64,000 nucleotides of DNA from a phage. The notes under the pieces are model-generated. The model made no database searches and was not told the DNA's origin. It saw only the letters and a program-made list of their open reading frames with translations. Positions 37,208 to 46,763 of the stretch are shown piece after piece (position 1 is the stretch's first letter; every line of letters starts with the position of its first letter). The stretch is from sequence record PZ242158.1; one strand, written 5' to 3'. A program made the position numbers and the translations under genes.

Positions 37208-37491
37208 ACCTAAACTTAATGTGATAAAAGGGGTTTGCGGTCCCCACCCTTATGTTTCCACAAGGCCAGACTATCTCTTGCCTGAAATCACACCGTGTGA
37301 TTCTTAATCAGACCCCTGCGTTTCGGAATCTTCCATAATCCCTACACCAAAAGGTTAGTCGTTACAACCGCCTCACTCCTTGTGAAGCTAGTCACGGGAT
37401 TGGCATAGCTTTCGCCTTAGCGTTCCCCGTTAGCCAGCGATCAGCTGACCCCTCATACTGAGGTTAGCAGAGTTTTAAAACGGCCAGTTTG
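37208..37491 (-). ncRNA. putative ORF-less group I intron interrupting nrdD
   Basis: About 280 nt separate two nrdD halves; contains R-like element ACGACTAA (P7 5' strand, plus coords about 37352-37368) and S-like element AAGAGATAGTCTGG (P7 3' strand, about 37265-37278); exon 2 frame reads ..GPQTPFITLSLG.. only after the intervening segment. Confidence 0.55.
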
Positions 37492-38355
37492 TTAACCGTT
37501 TACCGAGGTTAGTGTGTTGATCTGATAAAGCAACGTCTGCATGCTGTCAAACACGTCTTTATCTGTCATTTGCATTGCAACAGTTTCAGCATCCGGCAAC
37601 CAATGTTCCTGGCAAAATTTAAGGTTCTTCTCATAGGTTGCTTCAGCATACTGTGCCAGATAATGATCAATATGGCTCATAGTCTGACCACCATATTGAG
37701 CACTAGCTACCGCGCTAGAGATTTGACTAAGGATTGTTGTTGCAACCCCTATTGACTTCGGCTTACTGACATGGGCGTTGCCAATGTTGAATCCGTTTTC
37801 CAACATATCTGGATAATTTACCAAACAACAGTTTGTTAACGGACTGATCAAGTAGTCAAGATCATGCACATGGATGAAGCCTTTATTGTGCTCTTCTGAA
37901 ACACGGTCTGGCAGGATCTGTGTTGATGCAAGGTGTTTGCTAAGGATGCCTGCAAGCAGGTCACGATGAGTGTGTACATGATTAGTGGGCTTATTTGCGT
38001 TTTCTTTTGTAAATTCATCACAAGTTCGATCCAAGAAGCCACTAATATCTGCAAGCAGTTTTCCACCTGCCTCTCTGTTATTATCTCTTGTCTGTCTATA
38101 CTGGATGTATTCTCTGGCTGCACATTTTAAACCCATATCCATAAGAGCATCTTCAACAAGGATATGGATATTTTTTACAGAGATCGTGCACTGGTCGGTT
38201 GGTAGATTGTTAGCAACAACTTCATTAACCGCGCAGGCGATCCGGTAAGCTTCTTCTTCAGTATGTCCAGACTCAAGTAAGGCGGACTCTGCCGCCTTGA
38301 TCACCTTAATTCCGTTATAGAACTCTTCTCTACCGTCCCGTTTTACAACTTTCAC
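37492..38355 (-). CDS. nrdD: anaerobic ribonucleoside-triphosphate reductase, N-terminal exon (ATP-cone)
   Basis: MKVVKRDGREEFY.. ATP-cone start; annotated stop lies inside putative intron. Confidence 0.8.
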   Translation of the reverse strand: MKVVKRDGREEFYNGIKVIKAAESALLESGHTEEEAYRIACAVNEVVANNLPTDQCTISVKNIHILVEDALMDMGLKCAAREYIQYRQTRDNNREAGGKLLADISGFLDRTCDEFTKENANKPTNHVHTHRDLLAGILSKHLASTQILPDRVSEEHNKGFIHVHDLDYLISPLTNCCLVNYPDMLENGFNIGNAHVSKPKSIGVATTILSQISSAVASAQYGGQTMSHIDHYLAQYAEATYEKNLKFCQEHWLPDAETVAMQMTDKDVFDSMQTLLYQINTLTSVNG

Positions 38356-38630
38356 TTTTTCTCTCCAAAACCATTCTTAACAAAAGAGATGAAATCGTCG
38401 GCACCGCCTATATGGACACTTTCAAGATTGCTTTCTAAGAAGATCTGCGGCAACGTTCTGGGGACAATTGGACTGCACTTCTCAATAAGCTCTTCTTTTG
38501 TGTAGCCCTCGCCAAGTGTCTTATATACAAAAGGCAGACCTTTGCTGATTGCAAATTCTTTTGCTCTGACACAATGTGGGCAGTTATCCTTACCGTAAAT
38601 GATGATGAAAAAAGATTTTTCGCAGCTCAT
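38352..38630 (-). CDS. glutaredoxin/thioredoxin-like protein (NrdC/NrdH-like)
   Basis: CPHC active-site motif in 92-aa protein adjacent to nrd genes. Confidence 0.7.
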   Translation of the reverse strand: MSCEKSFFIIIYGKDNCPHCVRAKEFAISKGLPFVYKTLGEGYTKEELIEKCSPIVPRTLPQIFLESNLESVHIGGADDFISFVKNGFGEKK

Positions 38631-38633
38631 ATA

Positions 38634-39722
38634 TTAAAACTCCCAAATTTCTTCTTCAGCGTCGTTAACAGTTGTGTTGACGCGGTAGTCAGTGTTCGAC
38701 ATTTCTTGGTTCGCCGTCTGTTGTAATGAAGGTTTCATCCACACCTGCATAAACGGTAGCGGGTCCTTTGTTGGCGGCACAAAGTCTTTGTCGATGTCGT
38801 AGTAATCATAAATCGGTGAGCAGTTATAGTCAACCCACTCTTTAAGCAACGGTGAGTTAAGACCTATAATCGCTCTTCCTTCGCTGAAAATATAGTCACT
38901 CCAACCGTACTCTTTGGTTCGTACTTCATCAAGAATCTCTTTTAACTCCCCCTTTATCTCAAGGAAGCTTTTCTCCCATGCGGGATCATTAAGCAAGATA
39001 TCAATGATGGCAAAATCACCTTTCGAATGTAGCATTTCGTCAAGCATGATTTTTTGAACAAGCTGCGCCACCTGAACAAAGATACCCTGTTCAGCTACTG
39101 CGAAAGTGCATGCAAAACTTGCAATAAACTCAATACTTTCCAGAGCTAAAAGCGCAAAAAGCGCTCTAAGAATGCATTTCCGCACAATATCTTCTTCAAC
39201 ACTAGAAGGATCCAGGCGGTATTTTGCACCAATAACCTCAAGCTCTTGCATGTATTTGACAATAACGCCGGATCTGCTCAGAACGTTTTGGTTTTCCTGA
39301 ATCTCTTCTATAATCTCACGGGCATTGGGGAGGCATTGTCTAACAATCTCTGAGTAAGTTAGTGCGTGAAGAACTTCAATCTCTGACTGTTTCATCAATA
39401 GAGTGAAAAGCTCACTATTAGTGATGAATGGTGAAAAGAGGCAGATGATAGATCTTGCCGCAACGCTATCAGCCTCCCATTGCCACATCAAGGTCTGCAC
39501 CATCACGTCATAAGTTGACTTTGAGCATGTTACAAAATCTGAAATAGATTGCGACAAATCCACTTCATCCTCTGCCCAATCTTGCTCTTTTTGTTTTTTG
39601 TATAGTTCAAACAGTTGTGGATATTTTTTGTTGATAGAGTCGTACATACCCATTTGCTGTCCCAGAAACAGCGGATAGTCACCAGTTTTATGAGCGGTGT
39701 TCTCAGCATTAAATACAGCCAT
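38634..39722 (-). CDS. nrdB: ribonucleotide reductase class Ia beta subunit (start taken at internal ATG 39722 with GAGGT RBS)
   Basis: Ferritin-like di-iron fold motifs; upstream extension in ORF track spans a terminator hairpin. Confidence 0.85.
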   Translation of the reverse strand: MAVFNAENTAHKTGDYPLFLGQQMGMYDSINKKYPQLFELYKKQKEQDWAEDEVDLSQSISDFVTCSKSTYDVMVQTLMWQWEADSVAARSIICLFSPFITNSELFTLLMKQSEIEVLHALTYSEIVRQCLPNAREIIEEIQENQNVLSRSGVIVKYMQELEVIGAKYRLDPSSVEEDIVRKCILRALFALLALESIEFIASFACTFAVAEQGIFVQVAQLVQKIMLDEMLHSKGDFAIIDILLNDPAWEKSFLEIKGELKEILDEVRTKEYGWSDYIFSEGRAIIGLNSPLLKEWVDYNCSPIYDYYDIDKDFVPPTKDPLPFMQVWMKPSLQQTANQEMSNTDYRVNTTVNDAEEEIWEF

Positions 39723-39737
39723 TATTCTACCTCTAAA

Positions 39738-39755
39738 ATGGGGCCGAAGCCCCTT
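39738..39755 (-). terminator. hairpin between nrdA and nrdB (GGGGC-CGAA-GCCCC, T-rich flank)
   Basis: Perfect GC stem in 38-bp gap. Confidence 0.45.
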
Positions 39756-39760
39756 TAAAA

Positions 39761-42076
39761 TTATAGTGCACAGCTTTCGCAATACGGATCTTCAACTGAA
39801 CTATCTGCAATCAAAGGATAGTTCTTTCTGGTTTCATCTTCAGCCTGTTTCTTGGCATGAAGTTCCTCTGCCAAGGAGTCACCAGCACCAACCCTAGAGT
39901 TTAAATAATACCATGTCTTCATCCCGAATTTAGTGGCACGGATAAGGTACCCTAACTGCTCCTTCATTGAAATTTTACCATCTTTCAACTTGGTGTAGTC
40001 TATGTATAAATCCGCGCTGATTGCCTGACCTGTGAATTTTTGAATCACGGCATACATATCGATCATGTCGTTAGTATCAACGTCCCAAGCCGAGGTGTAA
40101 TACTCTTTCAACTCATCATAGTCAGGAACGATAAACAGCACCTGCCCTTGTGGCGACTTTTTAAAGATAATGTGCTCACGGACAGGATAAACCCCGTTAG
40201 TGGTGTTTGTTGCCAGCGAAGAGCTTTCATTAGGCATATATGCTTCAAGAACGCTATTACGTAGCCCACCATTCTCAATGATTTCTTTACGTAACCCTTC
40301 CCAATCCTGTTTAAGAGAAGGATCTTTCACCACGCTATCGACCTCTTTGTTATAGGTGTCGATTGGTAACCAACCTTCTGGATATTTTGTTTTATGCATC
40401 CACTCGCAGACACCACGCTCTTTTGCCAACCGTAAACTTGCCTTATGCAAGCTGTAGCTGTGAAGTTCTGCAAGATCGTGAACGAGCTGTTTACTTTCAG
40501 GAGACCCGTAAGTAACCTTGTGGCTGGCAATAAAATGTGCAACATTGGTAAGGCCAACCCCGATGGATCTGCGTTTTTTAACTGTGCTTTCCATATTTTC
40601 ATACGGATATGTCATGATTTCCATAACATTGTCAATCATAAGCACCGTATAGTATGCAACATCCTCATACTCCTCTGGAGTAACCCTCCCAGCTACAAGA
40701 GATGACAGGAAGCACAATGCAACCTCTCCATCATCAGCATCGTACTTGAAGATATTACGCATATCTGAATAGCCTTTTGTCGGGAGGGCTATTTCTGCAC
40801 ACAGGTTGCTTGAATAGATCACATCTTTAAAAGGTGTATGTCTATTCATCTCATCTGTCCAGTATACGTACAGCCTTCCCACCTCAGTGCGCTGCGTGAT
40901 CAGTTCAACAGCAAGATCTCTAGCTCGGATCCATGTTTTAGGAATACTGTCATCTTTAGCAATACGATCAACCTCTGCATCAAACTCCTCCATAGACATG
41001 GTGAAGATACCCTCATGCAGTTGAGGCGCGTGCTTATAAGAAACAAGCATCCAATCTAAATTCTTAGCCACACGGTTGATAAACGACCTATTAATACCGA
41101 TAGAGTAGTCCATGGTGTTGATTCTTTTTGAAGCAACAGTCATAGGGTTTCTCAAACGGATTAGCTCATCAATCTGCGGGTCCAGTGCAAGGAATGATAC
41201 TGTTGCAGAACCACCACGTGATTGTTGTCTGTTCTCCTTAACCCCAGCATCAATACCTCGATAATATGGAATCTTACCCATATGTTTAATAGTGTTACCA
41301 CGAACACCATCGCCTGCAGATCTTGAGGATAAGTAGTAGCCGATACCTGCTTGATTAACCGTCATTGTGTACGCAACTTCACGTGCCACACCAATAGATT
41401 TTGCTGTATCGTCAGCTTTTATTACACAACAAGATGCATACCCTGTCTTACCTGTGCGCAGCCCGTTTAAGTACGGTGTCGGGGCATTGATCTTTAAGTC
41501 GGACAGATAAGTGTATAATTTTACAACATCGTTGATACGACGTTCTTTCGGCATATTCTTCATGACAGCCATTGCTATCCCCATAAACATCATCTGGGGA
41601 GATTCAAACAAGGTGTCTTTAAGAGTATCCTTGATCCCATATTTGTCGCGAAACTGTTTAAGGACTGCATAGCCATAACCGAGATCTTTACTGTGGTCAA
41701 TAACAGCGTCTAAAGTGTTTAGCTCGGTAAAGCTATAGCCCATATCCTCCCAATACCCTTTCTCAACCATGGTATTGTAAAATGATGGTAAGGAAGGGAT
41801 CTTTGTAAACCCTCCAAAAGCCTCTTTATAAATCTGACCAATAAGAACACGACCCGCCATACGGGAATGTGCTTCGTCTTTACGGCTAACACAGGAGTCT
41901 ATGATAGCTTGGTTAACTTCTTTGGTTGTACATCCATCATACAGTCGTTTGTATGCATCCAGTGCAATGTGTGACCAATTGCCGTTACCGTCGTCACCGA
42001 AAATAGCTGCCTTATTTAAACGTTCTGGATCGAATGCCACTTCACATCCGTTGCTTTTAATTACCTTGGTGATCAA
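39761..42076 (-). CDS. nrdA: ribonucleotide reductase class Ia alpha subunit
   Basis: 771 aa; ATP-cone N-terminus, catalytic NLCAEI-type region, C-terminal CxxC redox pair (..YCESCAL). Confidence 0.9.
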   Translation of the reverse strand: MITKVIKSNGCEVAFDPERLNKAAIFGDDGNGNWSHIALDAYKRLYDGCTTKEVNQAIIDSCVSRKDEAHSRMAGRVLIGQIYKEAFGGFTKIPSLPSFYNTMVEKGYWEDMGYSFTELNTLDAVIDHSKDLGYGYAVLKQFRDKYGIKDTLKDTLFESPQMMFMGIAMAVMKNMPKERRINDVVKLYTYLSDLKINAPTPYLNGLRTGKTGYASCCVIKADDTAKSIGVAREVAYTMTVNQAGIGYYLSSRSAGDGVRGNTIKHMGKIPYYRGIDAGVKENRQQSRGGSATVSFLALDPQIDELIRLRNPMTVASKRINTMDYSIGINRSFINRVAKNLDWMLVSYKHAPQLHEGIFTMSMEEFDAEVDRIAKDDSIPKTWIRARDLAVELITQRTEVGRLYVYWTDEMNRHTPFKDVIYSSNLCAEIALPTKGYSDMRNIFKYDADDGEVALCFLSSLVAGRVTPEEYEDVAYYTVLMIDNVMEIMTYPYENMESTVKKRRSIGVGLTNVAHFIASHKVTYGSPESKQLVHDLAELHSYSLHKASLRLAKERGVCEWMHKTKYPEGWLPIDTYNKEVDSVVKDPSLKQDWEGLRKEIIENGGLRNSVLEAYMPNESSSLATNTTNGVYPVREHIIFKKSPQGQVLFIVPDYDELKEYYTSAWDVDTNDMIDMYAVIQKFTGQAISADLYIDYTKLKDGKISMKEQLGYLIRATKFGMKTWYYLNSRVGAGDSLAEELHAKKQAEDETRKNYPLIADSSVEDPYCESCAL

Positions 42077-42381
42077 TTTGCTTCCTCCACTTCATTAACG
42101 TATTTATCAAGGCAGGTATCAGTATCTTGCTGGATAAAGGTATCCTCTTCTACAGAGATATTTATAATTTTACCTGTATACTCGTCATAATAAACATCAT
42201 CATACATTTTAATATCGTTTGTCAGGCCGTTGAACCAAAGCCAACCAACATACTCTGCCCGACTTGCAAAACCAAGATCCTTCCACTTGGAGTTATGACT
42301 CATCTTCACCACCTTAGCTTTCAATACCGAATAATTTTTCCAGGCGATGCAGATCTTCAAAATTGAAAGGTTCATCAACAA
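42073..42381 (-). CDS. hypothetical protein
   Basis: ORF 102 aa. Confidence 0.5.
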   Translation of the reverse strand: MLMNLSILKICIAWKNYSVLKAKVVKMSHNSKWKDLGFASRAEYVGWLWFNGLTNDIKMYDDVYYDEYTGKIINISVEEDTFIQQDTDTCLDKYVNEVEEAN

Positions 42382-42814
42382 TATGAATATCTTCAGCCTT
42401 TTCAGATTGTTTTGTATACTTTCTTACATTAACACGATCCTCTACAGGGATATCATACGGAAGATCTTGAACAAGCATTGCCTCACCGGGTGCTTTATCT
42501 ACATCTAAAATATCTACACCGTTATACATTTGCGGGTATCTAAAGTCTGCACGCATGACACCAGCAAATACATCTGCCTTTCGATAATGTGTTGGCTTAT
42601 TTTTGCATCGAACGTTTTTTCCACGAAGAACATCAATACTTTTTAAATCAAACCCTACGGCAAAGAGTGCAGCTCGGAGACCGTTTCGTGTGCGAACGTT
42701 AAACCCGGGAACGGTAGATAGGAAATCCAAAGTAACTGAAATAAATGTCTTTTTAGGAATCATAACATTACTCATATCTGTCTCCATTTCTGGCTCACCA
42801 ACAAAGTGAGCCAT
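42314..42814 (-). CDS. hypothetical protein
   Basis: ORF 166 aa. Confidence 0.5.
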   Translation of the reverse strand: MAHFVGEPEMETDMSNVMIPKKTFISVTLDFLSTVPGFNVRTRNGLRAALFAVGFDLKSIDVLRGKNVRCKNKPTHYRKADVFAGVMRADFRYPQMYNGVDILDVDKAPGEAMLVQDLPYDIPVEDRVNVRKYTKQSEKAEDIHIVDEPFNFEDLHRLEKLFGIES

Positions 42815-42873
42815 TATTATAGATTATCTAATACTATTAGTCAACACAAAAGTTACCTATCGCTGTGATAGGA

Positions 42874-43857
42874 TTAACCTTTCACGAAGTGGTTATTAAG
42901 CAGTTGTCTGTGCTGAACCCACCCACAAAAGTTGGCAGACCAGAATTTACCATCACGGTCTTGATGGGTTACACCTTCCTGCCAAGTACTGATGTCTTGT
43001 GTGATTTCACATGAAGACAGGTAGTAGTTTAAACGTTCCATTGCGTTATCGTGATCCATAGGTGTTGCCTGGTGCTCGTAAGGGCTTGCATGAATACGAT
43101 CCCCACCAATCAATTTTTTAGCCACACTATCTGCCTTTTCAAACGTGCTGTCAATATTTCGATAAGATACTTGTGCACAGCAACTAGCACTGATAGACAG
43201 AGCTTCTTTAGTATCGAGAATGCAGAGCTTTCCTTCTGTGTCACGTACAGCGTAGTTAAACTCTCCGTCCAAATAAACGTGCTCTACATATGGGGTGTGC
43301 CATTGACCCGGTTTAAGGATTTCAGGAGTGCTATTCTCAAGAGCCTCCCACATACAATTAGCTAACATCTGAATCGTAGGATCCGCATCGTGCCAGCAAC
43401 GGAGGTGGAAAAAATTATTCCACTCGGTGCTTGTTACAACTGTTTTCATGCGCTGGAACGGCTCCACTAAGCGGTTACATACTTGCTTATGGTAACCAGC
43501 AAGGGCGAACTTCTCTGCATGCCAAGCGGCGTTTTTTGCAGCTTCTTTCCAAAACTCTTCAGGAGTTAGCTCCATGTCAGTGTACTCTACACGGATCTTT
43601 TGATCGTGTTCCCCACCATCTTCCATTCCTCGCTTATTTACACCGAAGCGAACTGGCATTGCCGGATTCTCCACAATCTGTTGCAGCATCTTGCCGACAG
43701 GTACTGCACGGGAAGACATGGCGTTTCGGCTGAACACTCGGTGCGTCATAAGCTCTGAGTGAATAATTCGAGGATACTCTAGTTCAAAAGTGGTGATACG
43801 CTTACCTTTCTCGGAAATGCTGTCAGCAATAATCTTTGCAGTGCACAGTTTTAGCAT
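42874..43857 (-). CDS. thyX: flavin-dependent thymidylate synthase
   Basis: ThyX signature THRVFSRNAMSSR (RHRxxSxxxxSxR). Confidence 0.8.
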   Translation of the reverse strand: MLKLCTAKIIADSISEKGKRITTFELEYPRIIHSELMTHRVFSRNAMSSRAVPVGKMLQQIVENPAMPVRFGVNKRGMEDGGEHDQKIRVEYTDMELTPEEFWKEAAKNAAWHAEKFALAGYHKQVCNRLVEPFQRMKTVVTSTEWNNFFHLRCWHDADPTIQMLANCMWEALENSTPEILKPGQWHTPYVEHVYLDGEFNYAVRDTEGKLCILDTKEALSISASCCAQVSYRNIDSTFEKADSVAKKLIGGDRIHASPYEHQATPMDHDNAMERLNYYLSSCEITQDISTWQEGVTHQDRDGKFWSANFCGWVQHRQLLNNHFVKG

Positions 43858-44057
43858 TATTTAGCTCTCCTTGTTTTAATTTTGGAAATTTCGTCTGGGT
43901 TTATGTTGGCCTTAAATGCAAGGTATCTGTTGAACATGTCAGAGCACATATCTTGGGTGATCCTAGAGGCATACACTAGCTTACCTCCTAGATCATACAC
44001 CTCTAGCCAGTCACCGTATCTGACTACAGGATCGCCACCTTTAGAACATCTGCCCAT
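43857..44057 (-). CDS. hypothetical small protein
   Basis: ORF 66 aa. Confidence 0.45.
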   Translation of the reverse strand: MGRCSKGGDPVVRYGDWLEVYDLGGKLVYASRITQDMCSDMFNRYLAFKANINPDEISKIKTRRAK

Positions 44058-44058
44058 T

Positions 44059-44652
44059 TCAAATACCTTCTAAAAATTTTCCTATTTTATACCAGCTATT
44101 AGCGGTATAGTCAACACTGACCTTTAACTCCTCGAATTGCTCATAAGGCGTATCTTTTAGGATTTTAATAACTTCAGGTCGTGAAGCGAATTGGTTCAGG
44201 TATTCATGCCTGTCGTCAATTATAACATCTACAGCCACATTCCCTTTGAAATGTGTGGCGTAGAAGCCGTGGCCCTGGGTGTGATCGTCCAGATCCATAA
44301 AATCACCGGTCCAACGCTTTAAGAACCTTGATTTAGATGCAAGGTGACCTTTCTTGCATACCGAGATAAATGCAAGCTTGTGACCACGAGCCACCAAATC
44401 TTTCATAACCTCAATAGCCCCCTCTTCAGGCTTAAGGAAGTCGTAGAGGAACGGATCACTCCAGAAATCAAAAGGTCCTATGATGTTTTCTTTGGGGCGA
44501 TCAGGCCAATACTTTGACAGATCGTAATACATCAGCCCATTAGAAGGTTTAACGACTGTCTTACTGGCTGGACCATACAAACGCTCCAACCACTCCCACC
44601 ATGCTGTTCCTGAATCTACCAGTGTCAAATCTACATCAATTCCGATTAACAT
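44059..44652 (-). CDS. HAD-family 5'(3')-deoxyribonucleotidase-like protein
   Basis: N-terminal IDVDLTLVDS (DxDxT) and VIIDDR motif. Confidence 0.55.
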   Translation of the reverse strand: MLIGIDVDLTLVDSGTAWWEWLERLYGPASKTVVKPSNGLMYYDLSKYWPDRPKENIIGPFDFWSDPFLYDFLKPEEGAIEVMKDLVARGHKLAFISVCKKGHLASKSRFLKRWTGDFMDLDDHTQGHGFYATHFKGNVAVDVIIDDRHEYLNQFASRPEVIKILKDTPYEQFEELKVSVDYTANSWYKIGKFLEGI

Positions 44653-45263
44653 TCTTCTTGGGCCTCTTTAGCATCAATATACTTGCACACAATCTCCGAT
44701 GCACATTCCCAAGGTGCACCTTCAGGATTTACAACATCGAACTCAATCCCTTTTATTCCGTTCTTTTCCAGACTTAGATAGGTTCTGGAATCATTTCCCC
44801 AGTCATATCCGACACGGTGAATACGGAACAACAACAGATCTCCACCTGTGCTGTATGCGTACTCACTAAGGCATGCCAGCTCCTCTTTGAATCCACCATC
44901 GGAGTAAACAACAACCCCTTTACCTTTAGGGAAATCTTTCTTCAAGGATGTGACTGCGGCCTTACCGAAAGCATCTTCACCAAAGATAGGTTTAATCAGA
45001 TTTTCACTACAATGGATCATCCACTCTCGCGGAGAAACATGCTTACCGTCTATCATTAAGAAAGGGCAAGGCTCTTCTTTGTAGTGGCGGTCATAAAGTG
45101 CATTCCAGAGTTGAGGAGTTACACCAGCTGCCTTAATTGCCACGCTGAAGAGCATCTCCTTAACCTCACGATGGTGTGAGTTAGGAATAGCTTCCAACAA
45201 GAGATCTGCAATGTGATCCTTACCACTACTAGGTGGGGCGTTAAGAACAATAATATCCATCAA
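44646..45263 (-). CDS. deoxynucleoside monophosphate kinase-like P-loop protein
   Basis: P-loop NAPPSSGKD at N-terminus, similar layout to T4 gp1. Confidence 0.55.
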   Translation of the reverse strand: MMDIIVLNAPPSSGKDHIADLLLEAIPNSHHREVKEMLFSVAIKAAGVTPQLWNALYDRHYKEEPCPFLMIDGKHVSPREWMIHCSENLIKPIFGEDAFGKAAVTSLKKDFPKGKGVVVYSDGGFKEELACLSEYAYSTGGDLLLFRIHRVGYDWGNDSRTYLSLEKNGIKGIEFDVVNPEGAPWECASEIVCKYIDAKEAQEEC

Positions 45264-45463
45264 AAACCTCCGTGGTATTCTTCAACTGCATCAATAATAC
45301 TTTTACACTTATCTACCAGCTCGTTAGCCACTACAGCATCGTCTTCCCAAACAGCCTCTTCAATCTGATCAAGCAATGATCGCATCTTATCCATCATTTC
45401 TGGGATAAAGTTTTCTGAAAAGCTGTCTGGAACTGTTAACTTTAGTGTCATTGCGGTCTCCAA
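45260..45463 (-). CDS. hypothetical small acidic protein
   Basis: ORF 67 aa. Confidence 0.45.
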   Translation of the reverse strand: METAMTLKLTVPDSFSENFIPEMMDKMRSLLDQIEEAVWEDDAVVANELVDKCKSIIDAVEEYHGGF

Positions 45464-45478
45464 TCATACTATGCGTTA

Positions 45479-45937
45479 TTAGAAGTTTGTTTTTACACGT
45501 CCCTTTTCATCTACCTCATTGTTAGCTAAAAGCGTTACAAAGTCTGTGAAACGGACATGAAGAACTCTTTTCTTGTCAAGGTATCCTAAAGCCACCCCTG
45601 AAAAATTTAGCATCAAGGGGGCTAAAGAAGCTCTGGCACTGAAATGCTGTTGTTCTACTCTTCCTACACCCTTAGTGTAGGATGGGTTAAGATTGTAAGT
45701 TCTGAATCCCAGTTTTGTTGGAGCTTTAGAATTAAAAACAACTTTATAGCGTTTCTTACTCAACTTATGCTCCAGGATAAGAATTCCCTTATCACCCTTG
45801 ATAAGTTGAAAATCTGTAAAGTGCTCTTTTAAGACGAAAGGTAGTGCCAGTCCCATAGCCTGGCCTCTTTGTACCGCTGTCTCACCAAAAGCTTTTGCAT
45901 CAGTAAGTTCTTTGGTCAAGTCTATGCTTTTGATCAT
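45479..45937 (-). CDS. hypothetical protein
   Basis: ORF 152 aa. Confidence 0.5.
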   Translation of the reverse strand: MIKSIDLTKELTDAKAFGETAVQRGQAMGLALPFVLKEHFTDFQLIKGDKGILILEHKLSKKRYKVVFNSKAPTKLGFRTYNLNPSYTKGVGRVEQQHFSARASLAPLMLNFSGVALGYLDKKRVLHVRFTDFVTLLANNEVDEKGRVKTNF

Positions 45938-46718
45938 ACCGGGTCTCCAAAATGTATTGTAGTTCTTTCTTGCCTATACTCTTCATTCCAGCAGTCTTAC
46001 CTGCTTCTTCTTGAAAAGAAGAATAGCATTCAGCAAACACTCTGTCAACACCGTCAACTAAAGATTTTATGAAATATGTAGATTCTTCAGATTTTGGATC
46101 ATCATCACCCAATACTTTTCCAGCGTTATACCCAACACGTCTTACACAGAAGTCGTAGTCATCCGGTGTGCTAAAAGAAAATAACTTATTCTCTCCAATA
46201 TCTACAGGATCCCTATTGCACGCCTTTTTCTCCCAAATTTGGAAAACACATGGCACGTCATAAGGTTTGCCATTAAGTAAAAACGAGTTCTTAGGGCACC
46301 TTTCGCTGTAGACAAGGTGCATAGACATGTCCAGTTTGTTTGAAAAAAATATTTTTTCAAATGTCCGTGGCAAGATGAAGGCTATAGCCCCGCCAAGCTC
46401 TAGCAATGATGCACAATGGTTAAAGAATTTGCAAGCTAAAGATGAATTCTTACCAAACGGTGGGTTACCTATGAAGACATCTGCCTTGGGGTGCACCTCC
46501 AAGAAGTTTGCCTGAATGCACGGTGTTGGTCCTTCAAATTCAGGATCTGGTACTAAATCGTACGACAGTATCTCTGAAAATAGTTTTGAAAAAGAACCTC
46601 TTCCAGCAGAAGGCTCAACGTATGCACAATTCCCATACTTATCTTTTACTTTACCAACAAGATATTCTGCATACTCAGGGTTTGTGTAATATTTGTCGTT
46701 GGACTCTTTCTTACTCAA
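45900..46718 (-). CDS. DNA N6-adenine methyltransferase
   Basis: SAM motif VEPSAGRGSF and catalytic NPPF. Confidence 0.65.
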   Translation of the reverse strand: MSKKESNDKYYTNPEYAEYLVGKVKDKYGNCAYVEPSAGRGSFSKLFSEILSYDLVPDPEFEGPTPCIQANFLEVHPKADVFIGNPPFGKNSSLACKFFNHCASLLELGGAIAFILPRTFEKIFFSNKLDMSMHLVYSERCPKNSFLLNGKPYDVPCVFQIWEKKACNRDPVDIGENKLFSFSTPDDYDFCVRRVGYNAGKVLGDDDPKSEESTYFIKSLVDGVDRVFAECYSSFQEEAGKTAGMKSIGKKELQYILETRYDQKHRLDQRTY

Positions 46719-46736
46719 AGTGCCTCCAAAAGGAAA

Positions 46737-46757
46737 AGGGAGGCTTGCGCCTCCCTA
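46737..46757 (-). terminator. hairpin terminator (AGGGAGGC-GCAA-GCCTCCCT + T-tract)
   Basis: GC stem followed by TTTTCCTTTT on minus strand. Confidence 0.55.
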
Positions 46758-46763
46758 TACTTG

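Noticed and set aside
38634-39782. Long form of nrdB starting at 39782 and overlapping nrdA by 22 nt
   Set aside because: The extension would translate through a terminator-like hairpin, and an internal ATG at 39722 has a good RBS; the shorter start was preferred.
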